Shown here piece after piece: positions 1-12,126 of a stretch of 60,593 nucleotides of DNA (positions are counted from its first letter, which is position 1; each line of letters opens with the position of its first letter). A program made the translations under genes and the position numbers. The stretch comes from Chara braunii (lineage: Eukaryota; Plantae; Charophyceae). The DNA lies in contig BFEA01000002.1 in NCBI GenBank assembly GCA_003427395.1, positions 6,689,635 through 6,750,227 of the forward strand, read 5' to 3'. The notes beneath the pieces are model-generated. The model was given only the letters and a program-made list of their open reading frames with translations, searched no databases and had not been told where the DNA came from.

Positions 1-1
1 A

Positions 2-6
<5 letters not shown>

Positions 7-53
<47 letters not shown>
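7..53. repeat. (CA)n microsatellite
   Basis: Direct reading. Confidence 0.95.
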
Positions 54-55
<2 letters not shown>

Positions 56-110
56 TGCATGTAGATGCCGCCACTTCCATGTAGCTGGACAGCGGCAGCA
101 TCTACATGCA
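56..110 (-). other. Hairpin downstream of the stop codon (putative 3' UTR)
   Basis: tgcatgtagatgccgccact-tcca (56-79) pairs with tgga-c-agcggcagcatctacatgca (86-110). Both stem mismatches are G:U pairs on the minus (transcribed) strand. Confidence 0.7.
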
Positions 111-190
111 GCCTCACACACATTGATCACACTAGAAAGCGACGTTTTACATCCCCTCGAGAAGGGCATCTTCCTCTCGCTCTCTTGCTC

Positions 191-1370
191 TCACAATCTC
201 CCACTGGTAAACCCTGGAACAGTGGCAGCATCTACATGCACTCGCACACCACGGATCATATCAGAGAGTGACATTATCCCCTCCAGGAGGTCATCATCAT
301 CGACAACCCACACCCTATGCACTCGGTTTGCCAAAGCCTGAGCCATGACAGTCCCCAAAGTGGAGGATCGCAGACATGTGACAGAGGGTCTGACGTCTGC
401 GATTTTTGCATGTCCCTTCGACGCATCGAGAGGAACACAAGCAGGGGCAGACGAAGACCATGCCTCTCCTTCCTCATCCTCCTCCTCCCCCTCGTTTTCA
501 TTTCGAGAACTTAACGTTCCCGGCAGGTCTGATGACCGGATGTTCTGCGTTTTGAGCGGTAGCTGTTGACTGTCCACGTGGCCCACGTGCAACGCAGCAG
601 CCTCCATGTTCTTCTCCGCATTCTGTCCGTCTTCTGATCCCTCGATTTGCAGTGCATCAGACTCTGCTTCGTTCGTTGACGTGCAGTGCAGTTGCCCAGG
701 CTTCAACCCAAAGACACGAGCTATGCCAAGAGTCTTGGCTAATGCCATTCTTGTCAGAAACTCGTCAACCGTTAACATCGGGAGGGCTTTTAGCACGTCA
801 GCATTGCATCCACGTAGATCGCTAGCCGACAAAGTGCCAACAAGCTTCCTTCCCTGTCCTTGTACGAGCATGCCTGGGTCTTTGATGTCCTCCGCTGCTG
901 CCACGACAGCAACTGCCAACAACGACGCTTGTCTCATGCACTGTATAGCTTCTGACACCCTCATGTCCGACGGCACTGCAAACACCGATCGTTGCCTCAA
1001 TCCCAGACTCTCGATAGTACGTGACATAACCGCCCCCAGCTCGTCCGAATTCTGCAACAGGAATCGCAACACGTCAGTCTGCGAACAGAACCTGAATGCC
1101 GAATAACCACTTGAGTCACATCCGCGACGATCATCCTTACCCCCATCCTGATCGACCCACACCGTTTGCATGTCATGGATATTACCGCCTGCAGATATAT
1201 GTCGTGCTGATCTCTGGACATCCTTGGAAAAGGAGCTTCTACCGCTGCCTGTGGGGGAAGATGTGCCCCTATCCATCGCCCCCTCCATGCGAGCATCACT
1301 TGGCTTGTCACTTATAGGCACGAGTACTCGATGAACGCCTCTGCTAAACAGCTCCATAACTTCATACACC
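191..1370 (-). CDS. Exon 2 of SnRK1 gamma-like CBS-domain protein (PV42-like)
   Basis: Acceptor CGCAG|G at 1371/1370. AC+G restores Thr and gives TTVYEVMELFSRGVHRVLVP. Further motifs RKLVGTLSASDLRGC and RVHRVWVVDDDDLLEGIMSLSDMIR. Stop at 191. Exons of 386+1180 nt give 521 aa plus stop. Confidence 0.92.
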
Positions 1371-1736
1371 CTGCGAGCATCATTTCACCACATGCAAGTC
1401 ATCATCAGAAGCACATTTGTTATCCCCACTGTAACTGGCGTAAAGGCCACGCTCCACTAACCCGGATTCCACATTTCTGATCTTCGACTATGAAGGTCAG
1501 CGGCCGGGGAAAAAAAAAGAAAAAAAAAAAAAANNNNNNNNNNNNNNNNNNNNNNNNNNNNNNNNNNNNNNNNNNNNNNNNNNNNNNNNNNNNNNNNNNN
1601 NNNNNNNNNNNNNNNNNNNNNNNNNNNNNNNNNNNNNNNNNNNNNNNNNNNNNNNNNNNNNNNNNNNNNNNNNNNNNNNNNNNNNNNNNNNNNNNNNNNN
1701 NNNNNNNNNNNNNNNNNNNNNNNNNNNNNNNNNNNN

Positions 1737-1864
1737 TTTTTTTTTAAACCAACGCCCCCTGCAGTGCTAGCGGTGCTGATAAAAGCAGACACCACTAGCA
1801 CCCGGGGAGAGGCTCCGTCTATTGGTGGGGAGCATCACCTGCTGGAAAACGGGTCCAGCGTCCC
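1737..1864 (-). mobile_element. Poly(A)-tailed structured retro-element 3' end (LINE 3' UTR or SINE-like), copy 1
   Basis: Diverged reverse complement of 5370-5521. T-run abuts the gap. Confidence 0.75.
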
Positions 1865-2040
1865 ATGTATAGAATGAATACAAAATGAATGAAAGACCTG
1901 CCAGCATTGATTACTCTGGCTTCCAGAGGATTAACTGGCAACACAAGTACCTATCTAGCTTCTATTTATATTCAGACCGCGGGGAAGAGCATTTTGCTTG
2001 AGCGTCATCTGTTTGGCGAGGTGCAAGTGGCGTACAAACC

Positions 2041-2175
2041 TTAAACCACCAGTAACCCAAGGGGTCTTAGGTCCCCTCTTGGGAGGCTCTGATGCAAATG
2101 CATTCGGACCCGCGCGGCACAACGATTCAGCCATCGCGTTGACGGCCTTAGAACGTGGAGGTACGGGTGGTTTAA
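2041..2175. mobile_element. TTAA-flanked MITE
   Basis: TTAA-accaccagta ... tacgggtggt-TTAA. Related elements at ~2390-2563 and ~2560-2750. Confidence 0.6.
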
Positions 2176-3746
2176 GAGTCATTGTGCTTCTGGCGGCGAC
2201 CGGCGCATCTGGTGGAAAAGGGAGCTGCTTCTTAGAAGCTAGCAGCATCGACCTATCAGAGGGAGGTAAACACACTCTATACGGCTACGAGACATGAGAA
2301 TCCACCCAGCTGCATGGCCGGCACTTTGAAGTTAAGTCCGAGCATGAGATACTTCAGGGGGTGAAGTCTGCCACACCTTTCGCGAACACTTAAAGCACCA
2401 GTACACAACATATCGGCCCGCGGGTGTCAGCATGAAACCCGCACCACCTCGGAGGTCGTTGATTTTTTTTTTCAACAGCGGGCCTGGCCACACGGCGCCT
2501 CCGAGTTTTGCTTGTGGTGACAAAAACTTTCTGCAAGGCTAGGGCCACATACTAGCGGTTTAACCGCCAGTAAATCCGAGCCTCTTTTCTACGAGGTGGA
2601 TTCCCCCTGCATGCCAAGCTTTGCTGAAATGCCAGAGCGGCATTTTTGCTTTGGCTGGTGCCACCAGCTGTTTTGGTCCGGTTGGCCAAGCCTCTCAATT
2701 TTTCGAAGACGGCGTCTAATTGTTGTCCGGGGCCATGTACTGGCGGTCTGAGAGATGGACACAAGCCATAGACATGCATTGTACGATTTCACTCTGAAGC
2801 ACCAAAAAGGGAAGTTCAATGTAGTGGTCGACGCACTATCTATAAAAGACGACGTTCTACAGTCTTCACCCAAATACAAAGTACGGTCATTGCTGCTGTA
2901 TTTAGACTGAAAGATTTACCCCAAATACAGCTATAATGGCCGTATGTTGTATTCAGGTCAAGAAGATTGGTGCAATGGTGTCAAAAAAGAAGGCTATGGA
3001 TCAGAGAACGGACAATCTGCTAAACGATCTTAGGGCTTCGTTCCACACAAAACATTCCTGAGTGGCTAGCGCCCTAACGCCGGCCGACCGGCGAGGCCCG
3101 GCCCGCGCCCGGCTTGACCAGCGAGCTGGAGAGGTGAGCCCATCCAGGCCGCTGGGCCTGTTCACGCGCCCGACACATGGCCGTGGTGTTCAGCTTGCCT
3201 CGTGCCATCGGTCGTTTGGTGACGTGGACGCCCCGCGATGCGTGAACAGGGGAAGCGCGAGCCGTGATTGATTGGAGGATTACTGCACAAAAGTGGCGCG
3301 GCTCTTTGAGCGAGCCATGACTATCATGGAGGATAATTCAGAGAGGGAGCTACATATTGGAGCAAACGAATGGCTGATTACCTTGGAGAACGGATGCAGA
3401 TGGCTACAGGAGGTTGTGAGGGACATGCCTTTGCGGCTGCAAATGGAGCCAGAGGTCGAAGGGGGAGCGATCGCTCTGGCTGCAGTGGTTGGATGAAGGA
3501 CAAAAGTGAGGACATGCTGGCGATCATCTGGGAGCTGGAGGAGGGGCCGGATCCCCGGCTTAACGTCTACATCGATTGGAGGAGGGCAGATGGCATCACG
3601 TGAGTCTGCAAAACCCTCTTCAATGAGGGTCGCGATCTGTATGCTCTTCTGGAAGACCGGTTGGAGGGCATTATTGATCGCGAGGATGCGCACGAGGTAA
3701 CAGCGGTGCCATCAAGATTAACAACAACATCAGTGGATGGGTGCGA

Positions 3747-3816
3747 CAACAACGACAGCAACAATGATAACAGCGGCGAGAACACTAGCAGCAACAACAG
3801 CGGCAAAAACATCATC

Positions 3817-3848
<32 letters not shown>

Positions 3849-4053
3849 CGATAATATCAACAGCAACGACGACGAAGACGGCAGTGACGACTATGGAAGC
3901 AGAGGGGCTGACAGCTGTGTCCAGGCAGTTGCGATCATCAGCGCATGATGGGGGAGATGCTGCAAGCGGATGAAGGGGAGATTGGGGTTGGAACGGAAAA
4001 GGGGTTTGTCATCTACCCCCTCCTCAACGATAGGGATGACGATGACAACAACG

Positions 4054-4100
<47 letters not shown>

Positions 4101-4140
4101 AACAACAACAATGACAACGACGATGACGATGACGACGACG
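3747..4140. repeat. (AAC/GAC)n low-complexity tracts
   Basis: Two AAC arrays near 3815-3850 and 4045-4120. Confidence 0.9.
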
Positions 4141-5099
4141 GTGGCCACGACCAAGGGAGCAGTGGGGTGGGAAGTGACAGCCGGGCGGCTGAGATTATCA
4201 TCACCGCAATGGGAGGGATGCTGCAAGTGGACGTGGTAGGATATGGGGTTGATACAGTGAAGTGGTTTACTGCTTTCCCCCCCTCCTACCTTCATACAGA
4301 GTTCCTCTTCGTGGTCTGGAGGAGGATAGGAGTAGGATAGCTGGGGGTGATTGATGTTGCCCAGCCTGCAATACCAATCATCAACGGGGGGCTGATCGTC
4401 TTGTTCGGTGGTGGTGGGATATTTAGTGATGAGTTAACAGGAGGTCAATCTTTCCCTGTGCAGGGAAGTAATCAACGCCCCCTGACAGTTTCACATGATA
4501 ATGCATATTGGATACTGGACTGGCCGTCCAGATCATACATTTCTCATCATTGATAGAACTTTGCTTTTAGGCTTGATTGATAGAAGATCATATACATCAT
4601 ATAGTGCTTAGGGTTTCGTGATTACACTTCGATAGATATAGAATATGGACATATGTAGATAGTTTCTGCCTGTTGGACATAGTTACACAACACGATATAG
4701 GGACGCTAGACCCCTTTTCCAGCAGATACAAATCACATCTCTGTAATACACATCACATCATGGTTAGGGTTTCGTTCGATTGGATTGATGCCTCAGTTTG
4801 TTTTGGAGACTCTATAGACTAGATGGACAGAGACGCTGGACTCGTTTTCCAGCACATACATTCACACTATGGCACAAGGACGCTGGACCTGATTTCCGGC
4901 AGATATATTTTCATCATTTGTATAGGGACGCTGGACCCGATTTCCAGCAGGTGTAGCTCCCCACCAATAGATGGAGCCTTNCAAGGCTGAAATTGTATTC
5001 TCATTATAAGGGACCTGCGCCCGGTTCCCAGCACGGGATGCCTTCCCACGAATAGATTGGAGTGTGTTTAAAAAAATAAAAATAAAAAAATAAAACAAG

Positions 5100-5484
5100 T
5101 TCTGTGTCCTCGTATAGGTGTGACATTCCTTTTTCGTCCTGGAGCGAGTTTCCTCAACGCACGAATGTGGACGTGATTTTTGTGGAGAGGTGCAGTCGAG
5201 GAAAGTCGACACCATTTTCTGCACATCTCCTCCAACGCGTCCAGATTCAGGCGTTGAGGGGATTCAATGCTGCTCGTGGCACTTGGGCCCGGTTTGACCC
5301 GTTCATGTTGAGTGAGCTTGTGTTGGCCATGAATGACATTCTCCAGATTCATTCTGTGTAAGGGACGGCGGGACGCTGGACCCGTTTTCCAGCAGGTGAC
5401 GCTCCCCACCAATAGATCATGGAGCCTCTCCCCGGGTGCTAGTGATGCCTGCTCTTATCAGCAGCACTGGCACTGCAGGGGGTG

Positions 5485-5521
<37 letters not shown>
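5100..5521 (+). mobile_element. 5'-truncated LINE 3' end with structured 3' UTR and poly(A)
   Basis: Decayed FCG..GAVEESRHHFL segment resembling a C-terminal CCHC finger, TAA at 5359, then GGGACGCTGGA...GTGTGTT(A)n. Confidence 0.6.
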
Positions 5522-5524
<3 letters not shown>

Positions 5525-6250
5525 ATAGGTGTATATGAGGGCTTTGAAAGACTGTGAACACAATAACGAAACACTTCGAAGTCTATTCCTAGGATAGTAT
5601 CATAACAACATCAGTCCTTTTTTTATATACCAAAAAGCTCCGATCTATCTATCTGTGGGGAGCAGCACGTGCCCGGGAGCCGGTCCCAGCGTCCCTTTAG
5701 AAAACTTATGGGTACAAAAAAGACCAGGGTCACTACCCAGCTTAGGCTGGACAACATAAATCACTTGGGGTTTAAAACGACTTATGTTAACCTATTACAG
5801 CAATTTTGGTGGCCTGCTAATAAACAAGATATGTGCGCGTACAATTTAAGAAGAAGAAAAAGAACCATAACAATAGAGTGCTCTTGTAAATTATGGCCTT
5901 CTCCCGGAATATATGCAATAACCTCATTTTGATTGGTAGTAGTAGAAGAAGAAGAAGAAGAAGAAGAAGAAGAAGAAGAAGAAGAGAAAGAGGAGGAAGA
6001 AAAGGAAGTTCTTTTATTTTTTATGGCAAGCCAAGAAGAAGGAGTGAATCTTTTTAGTAGTTTTTACTAAGTTTTTTTTGTTTTTTATGGCAAGCCAAGA
6101 AGAAGAAGAAGAAGAAGTGAATCTTTTTATTACGTTTTTATTTTTATTTTTTAGGGCAAGCCAAAAAGAAGAAGAAGAAGAAGAAGAAGAAGCACGTATG
6201 CTGAGAGCTGTCAAGTTTGTCATCTGGACAAACCCCATGCACAGGTACAC

Positions 6251-6398
6251 TTAGGCTTATTGAGGCCTCTCCCTTTTTTAGGCTTATTGAGGCCTCTCCC
6301 CCTTAGGCTTATTGAGGTCTCTCCCCCTTAGGCTTATTGAGGCCTCTCCCCCTTAGGCTTATTGAGGCCGCTCCCCCTTAGGCTTATTGAGGCCTCTC
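6251..6398 (+). repeat. 25-bp minisatellite, 6 copies
   Basis: ttaggcttattgaggcctctccccc at 6251, 6278, 6303, 6328, 6353 and 6378. The unit corresponds to the integrase LGLLRPL codons. Confidence 0.92.
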
Positions 6399-6610
6399 TC
6401 AGATTCCCCTGGACGGCGGCAGTACTATAGTAGGTAACCATGAATTTCATGGATATGGGACCAAAAGAAATGAGATCTATGATATATTCGTAGCAATGGA
6501 TTGATGCTCAAAGTTGGCCAGGTTCATACCACAACCAGAAGTACCAAAGACAGATGTAGTGCTCCAAGTGTTCACCCACAAATGGGTTCAGAATTTGGAA
6601 TCCCCCAAAC

Positions 6611-6983
6611 CTGCGTAGCATGGCTAACGTGTTCTCGCGCCCCTTCACGTTCGCGCGACCGTGTTCGCGCGTTTGCGCGAACAGCTCACGAACATGTTCG
6701 GGCAAACATAATTTTTTTTTGTAAAAAAATATTTTTTCGGTTTTTTATTTTTAAGGTCATGATTGGCTACGAATTTGAACATGACTCCAAGGCAAAAGTT
6801 GCTTGTATTGTTATTTTAGTATAATTTTACATAACATATATTTTTTTTCAGATTTTTCTGAGAACTTGTTGTTGTTTTTTTTAAATATTTTTTATGTTCG
6901 CGTTCAGAGTTTTTTGGGCGCTTGTTCGCGTTTGGGCGAACATGTTCACATTCGCCTCTGAAAGCGAACACCGTGCTACATAG
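6611..6983 (+). mobile_element. hAT-type MITE
   Basis: TIR ctgcgtagca/tgctacatag and perfect 8-bp TSD ccccaaac (6603-6610, 6984-6991). Second copy at 50886-51240. Confidence 0.85.
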
Positions 6984-8451
6984 CCCCAAACCATCAGAGT
7001 GAGTAAAGCATTCTTTTGCAAGTCCATCAAGAGAGCTCCATGCCTTTCCAGGAGTCATGTTACCAGGCTTTGTACAAAATCAGTGAATTTGTGAAGAATG
7101 TGGTTATCAACTTATCATCTGAAAAAAAATGAATAGCACAGGAAGAAATTCAAAGAATTGAATTACGTATTCATCCTGGCACTTACTTGGCAACCAATTG
7201 ATAACAAAAAGAAGGGGAAATTACACGGGAGTCACAAAAATGAGTTATAATTGCACTATGGGCCAAGAGACAGTTTTGAATTGCAGTTCGGACAATGTAT
7301 ACAACCCAGCTTTCTGGCCAGGTAGGGTGCCCAAAGAGCAATTGCAGACTGTATCTTGCCCCATAGTGCAGTTCTAACTCGTTCGTTTTTGTGACTCTAC
7401 TCAAATTACCCCTAAAAAGAAACAAGTATGGATGTGGCAGGCTTTGAGTTCACAAAGGCAAAAAAAAAAAAAAAAAAAAAAAATGCCGGTGAAGAAAACA
7501 GCCGCCAAGTTCGATGCAAGTTTCGGTAGAAAAGGTTCCGTTGGGCCCTTTTTTCACCTGTCCCCATCTGATACCACGGCCAACCCCTGTAGTTATGACA
7601 CCCGGCCTAACACCAAGGTCGGGGTACTTTCATTGTATGCATTTTTCAAACTTGGCGGCTCTTTCCTTTGTGGGCACATGTTTTTTTTTTTTTTTTTTGC
7701 GCACTAGAAACCCAAAGGTGACATCAACGTAGTTGCCCCTAATAAAATGATGGCCCCCCTACAACCTTCTTGAAAAATGATGCCCTCTTCTTTTTTCTTT
7801 TTTTTTCAATGATGCCTCAGCCCCTCGGACATTTTAGAATCTTTGGATAAGGGAGTAAAAGGATGCCCTACGCGGCTACGCCATTTTAGAGTTTCTGGAT
7901 CAGGGATGTACGGTTCTCTAAGTGAACAATGGCTATCCTTTGCAAAGGAGATGGGGCTTGAACTCATGACCTCGGAGCATCACCCTGAAACAGATGGACA
8001 AGCTGAATGAATCAACGACCAGGAACAGAATCTGTTCCGGCAGTATTCACTCCAGACCAGCTGGACTGGGATGAACACCTCCGGCAAGAAGCTGACTTGA
8101 TGCATCAATGTGATACAAGAAACTGACCTCATACATTCAGCTGAAGTCCACGCCAAGTACACCTTGGCTAGAAACCAAGAAGACCATTGGCATCTTGTTC
8201 CAAGATCAATCACCAGAGATATCCAGTGGAACTTACTTTTTTTTTTTTTAAGGGTCTTTTTTTTAAGAGGGGGGGGGAGGAGTTAAGTTTTTTTTTTTGT
8301 AAGGGGGTGGGTGGGGGGGGGGGAGTGGAACTACAGAGTTGGCACTGCAGTATCAACAGCTTCCCTAGAGGAAGCTGTGATCGAACACCTATAGAAATCA
8401 CAGCAAGCTATGATCGAACAACAAAACGAGCATGGAGACAAGTATGGCTAA

Positions 8452-8617
8452 GGGTGAGATCCCACTGGCGAAGAGGATAGGAGTAAGTGTCTGAATGTGG
8501 ACGTGTTTGTGGACAGTTGCGAAAAATTGTGATTGATCTACTTTTCTGCACCTCTGCATGGAACACGGCCAGATTCAAACACTTCTTCCAATCGTCTTTG
8601 CCAGTGGGATCTGGCCC
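8452..8617. mobile_element. MITE (TIR gatcccactggcgaag/ctttgccagtgggatc)
   Basis: Inverted termini. Related copy at ~27227-27386. Confidence 0.65.
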
Positions 8618-8649
8618 TACTAAGCTCCATGTTGGCGATCTGGCTTGGG

Positions 8650-8809
8650 TTAAACCATCAGTACTTTCTAAAGTTGTGCCAGTTAACAAGCCACAATTTT
8701 AGGAGACGTACGGGCCACTACAGGAGCGTCCAAATTCATCCGACTAGAAACGTTTCTACTCTATTTTTTCTCCCCGGGCCAATAGCTGGGCCAAGTAGTG
8801 GTGGTTTAA
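8650..8809. mobile_element. TTAA-flanked MITE inserted in the gypsy integrase relic
   Basis: TTAA-accatcagtactt ... aagtagtggtggt-TTAA. Removing it plus one TTAA restores TGG GTT AAG TCA TCA (WVKSS). Confidence 0.75.
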
Positions 8810-8976
8810 GTCATCAAAGTGCACACCGGAGGATCACATACCAGAGTAAGTTGATGCCACAGTACAATGGACCCTGGACAGGCCCTTTTTTTTTTTCGCC
8901 GCCCATTTTTAAGTTTCGGCCTCCTAAAGATTCGGGGGCCCAATGGTGGCCCCACATGGGAAAAGGTAGTGGTGGT

Positions 8977-9185
8977 TTAAACCACCAGTACTTGGCCCAG
9001 CTATCGGTCGCAGCGCTTTCCCGTTAACGCGCCGTGCCTTTAGGGCTTCGGGGTACCGGACCTCAATGGCGGGAAGCGCCAGCCAAAACAATTTCGCAAC
9101 GGTACCCCGGCGCTTCGGCAAAAATCGGCGCACAGGGGCATTCCAGGCTCGGCATCGATAGCTGGGCCAAGTACTGGTGGTTTAA
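8977..9185. mobile_element. TTAA-flanked MITE with perfect TIRs
   Basis: ttaaaccaccagtacttggcccagctatcg and its exact reverse complement at 9156-9185. Confidence 0.8.
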
Positions 9186-9713
9186 AGCAACACTACCTTT
9201 CCCGCTGTTGGGAAAGCAGGAAAATATCCTGCTCCTGAAAAAATGGAGGCCAGGTGCTCCAATCTATTTGTGGGGAAAGAGCAGGAGTGTCTCGGATATT
9301 GAACGATGTGAACCAGACAGACACGATGTGAGCCAGACAGACATGATGTGAACCAGACAGACACGATGTGAACCAAACGGTCCTGCCTAATAGTACGTGA
9401 TTGATGTTCCCCCTCACCACCCTATTTACTCTTACTTTTCAGGCATCCAAACTACTACTGCAATTTTCAGGGAGCTATCAGTTTCCCCCACGAAGATCCA
9501 TGCATCCAAACTATTACCTTTTTCAGCGAGCGATCAGTTTTTTTCACGAAGATCAATGCTACCGCTTTCCGTGGACAGTCACGTGGACGGGATGCTATGG
9601 ATTTCATGCCAAGAGCATTGACTGGTACATGCCCGTGCGATACTATGGATTTCGTGCCAAGAGCATTGACTGGTACATGCCCGTGCCTAAGCCAAAAGGC
9701 AGACGATACCACG

Positions 9714-9789
9714 GGCAGCGGGCCTAGCTCAGTTGGTAGACCAATGACCTGTTGAACTAGAGACCAGAGTTCGAATCCAGATGCAACCA
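9714..9789 (+). pseudogene. tRNA-derived relic (SINE head or pseudo-tRNA)
   Basis: A-box tagctcagttgg (9725) and B-box gttcgaatcc (9769) at tRNA-like spacing. Acceptor and anticodon stems do not pair well. Confidence 0.6.
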
Positions 9790-11002
9790 AAATGACCAGG
9801 AGAATCATTCTCTCTTTTATTTTTTTTAAATGAAAGCCCAGGTTGTTGTAGAGGTGGGATACTAGTGAAATGACAGTCAGGCACAGTAATTGGGCATTAG
9901 GTTGTCCAGATGAACCCCTCTGAAGAACCCACCCACCCTTCCTCTCAATCTTTGTGCCCTGGCGCATCCGCACCCCTGCTGTCCTACCCTAGTATTAACC
10001 ACCCAGAACCATCACCCATTGCCACCATCTTGGCGGGGTGACCTGACCAGAAAGCGGTTGCAGGCACCCGGGCACCGGGATAATCATTCTCCAATTACCC
10101 GCAGCTGGTCAGTTCAAGGATGGTATCGTAAGGCCGTTGCCCTTTGTTTTCTTCTTAAAAAAAAGGCAGAGGACGACAACGACAACCTCGGGTGGGAGTG
10201 TGAGGCCCCACCGTCTTCCCCCGAACATAAGACATATGCGTTGTATTCGAGTCTTTGAAAAATCTGGAGTCTGTTCAAACAAAACACATACATTGTGTGC
10301 TGTAGTAGGCCAGGTCTGGGTCCCAGGTCCATTAGGAAAAAGGCCCCTTAGCCCCAGGTAGAGACCCCATAAACACTCCCTGAGCCCGGTAGGTTTCCGC
10401 CACTGGCAGTCCAAAAACTTCAAGTAGGCCGTACCTACCGCCCCAAGGAAGCCCCAGCCACTGAATACAAGTCAAGGCCGTGGAAGTCAAGGGGGACATT
10501 CAGATGGCAGGTCGCCGCAGGCTGCTAAAGCAGTCATTCAAGGCTCGGGAGCATGCACTCGTTCAAGGCTCGGGAGCATGCGGAGGGCGGCAACAAACCT
10601 GCAGTCGCCAGCCCCAAGGGGGTCGGGGTTGACGAAGAAGCCAGGCGTCGTAGCTGGTTGGCCGTCTTGTGTTTATTAGGGGTGGTGGTGGTCAGATAGA
10701 GGGCTGGGGAAGAAGCCAGGCACCATAGCTGGTTGAGTCAGGTTGACCATCTTATATATCAGCGGTAGTGGTGGTCAAACGGCGGTGGTCCACAGGGGTG
10801 GTGAGGAAGGAAGTGGGAGAAGGTTGACAGATATTTACCTGGCGGTAGGCAGGGAGAGCTGCAGCTGTGTCGGGCTCTACAACCCGAGAGCTGCAGGCAG
10901 GGAGAGCTGCAGCTGTCACGGTGTCGGGCTCTACAACCCGCGCCAGGAGTGGAATTGACTTACCGTGAGGGCACGGGTGCGCAGCCCATAGTTTGTTCAG
11001 TG

Positions 11003-11050
<48 letters not shown>

Positions 11051-11362
11051 ATGTTGTTGTTGTTGTTGTTGTTTTTCAGGTTGTACAACCCGCGCCAGGA
11101 GTGGAACAGGGCTGGCCGCCATGGTCTACGAGTTAGATAGGCTAGACTGGGAGGTGGTATATGCAGTCATACTCTGTTTTTTTTTTTCTTTCTGTTTATT
11201 AAACTTTATTTTTGTTTGTTATTTGGTATTGATTGGATGGAGCCAAAAAAAAAAGAGGGCTTTATAAATCAAGAGACTCTAGGTTTGGACTTGGCTGGGT
11301 GATAGGGATAAGTAGAATGAGGAAATGGATAGAAGTAGAGACTTCTGAGCTGGTCATCGAAG

Positions 11363-11475
11363 CTACCTTCTTCCCCCGAATACAACGAACGGTCATTATA
11401 GCTGTATTTTTTAGGCATCTTTCAGTCGAGATACAGCTATAATGACCGTACGTTGCATGGGGGGGAAGAAGGTAG
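11363..11475. mobile_element. Palindromic MITE (CTACC...GGTAG ends)
   Basis: ctaccttcttcccc..cggtcattatagctgtat / atacagctataatgaccg..ggggaagaaggtag. Related copies at ~2863-2965 and ~26908-27059. Confidence 0.7.
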
Positions 11476-11569
11476 GTATTCGCAGACACATTGCTAATCA
11501 TTCCTAATCATTTCTAATCATCCCAATCATCCCAATCATCCTCATCCAATCATCATCAATTTCAAAATT

Positions 11570-11603
<34 letters not shown>

Positions 11604-11623
11604 TAATAAACAGGCCCAGTGAA

Positions 11624-12126
11624 CAAGGCTGAAATTGTATTCTCATTATAAGGGACCTGCGCCCGGTTCCCAGCACGGGATGCCTTCCCACGAATAGATT
11701 GGAGTGTGTTTAAAAAAATAAAAATAAAAAAATAAAACAAGTTCTGTGTCCTCGTATAGGTGTGACATTCCTTTTTCGTCCTGGAGCGAGTTTCCTCAAC
11801 GCACGAATGTGGACGTGATTTTTGTGGAGAGGTGCAGTCGAGGAAAGTCGACACCATTTTCTGCACATCTCCTCCAACGCGTCCAGATTCAGGCGTTGAG
11901 GGGATTCAATGCTGCTCGTGGCACTTGGGCCCGGTTTGACCCGTTCATGTTGAGTGAGCTTGTGTTGGCCATGAATGACATTCTCCAGATTCATTCTGTG
12001 TAAGGGACGGCGGGACGCTGGACCCGTTTTCCAGCAGGTGACGCTCCCCACCAATAGATCATGGAGCCTCTCCCCGGGTGCTAGTGATGCCTGCTCTTAT
12101 CAGCAGCACTGGCACTGCAGGGGGTG

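Larger units (their letters stand above)
1903..9590 (+). pseudogene. Fragmented Ty3/gypsy pol relic (RT-RNaseH-integrase) interrupted by many insertions
   Basis: Collinear fragments: SIDYSGFQRINWQHKY (~1903), YDFTLKHQKGKFNVVVDALS (~2781), [19 protein letters not shown] (~5759), SCQVCHLDKP..LGLLRPL (~6200), EFGIPQT (~6590), HPETDGQAE (~7981), HVGDLAWVK|SS..KLMPQYNGPW (8628-8877), HASKLLPF (~9500). Confidence 0.8.

Noticed and set aside
3272-4340. Host gene in the Asn/Asp-rich ORFs
   Set aside because: Driven by AAC microsatellites and broken frames, with no recognisable domain.
5370-5490. HDV-like ribozyme or 5S/7SL-derived SINE
   Set aside because: The nested pseudoknot order cannot be built and there is no convincing similarity to 5S or 7SL.
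6251-6398. CRISPR-like array
   Set aside because: Head-to-tail 25-bp units with no unique spacers, eukaryotic context and no cas genes.
9714-9789. Functional tRNA gene
   Set aside because: Only the A and B boxes are intact; the cloverleaf stems are broken.
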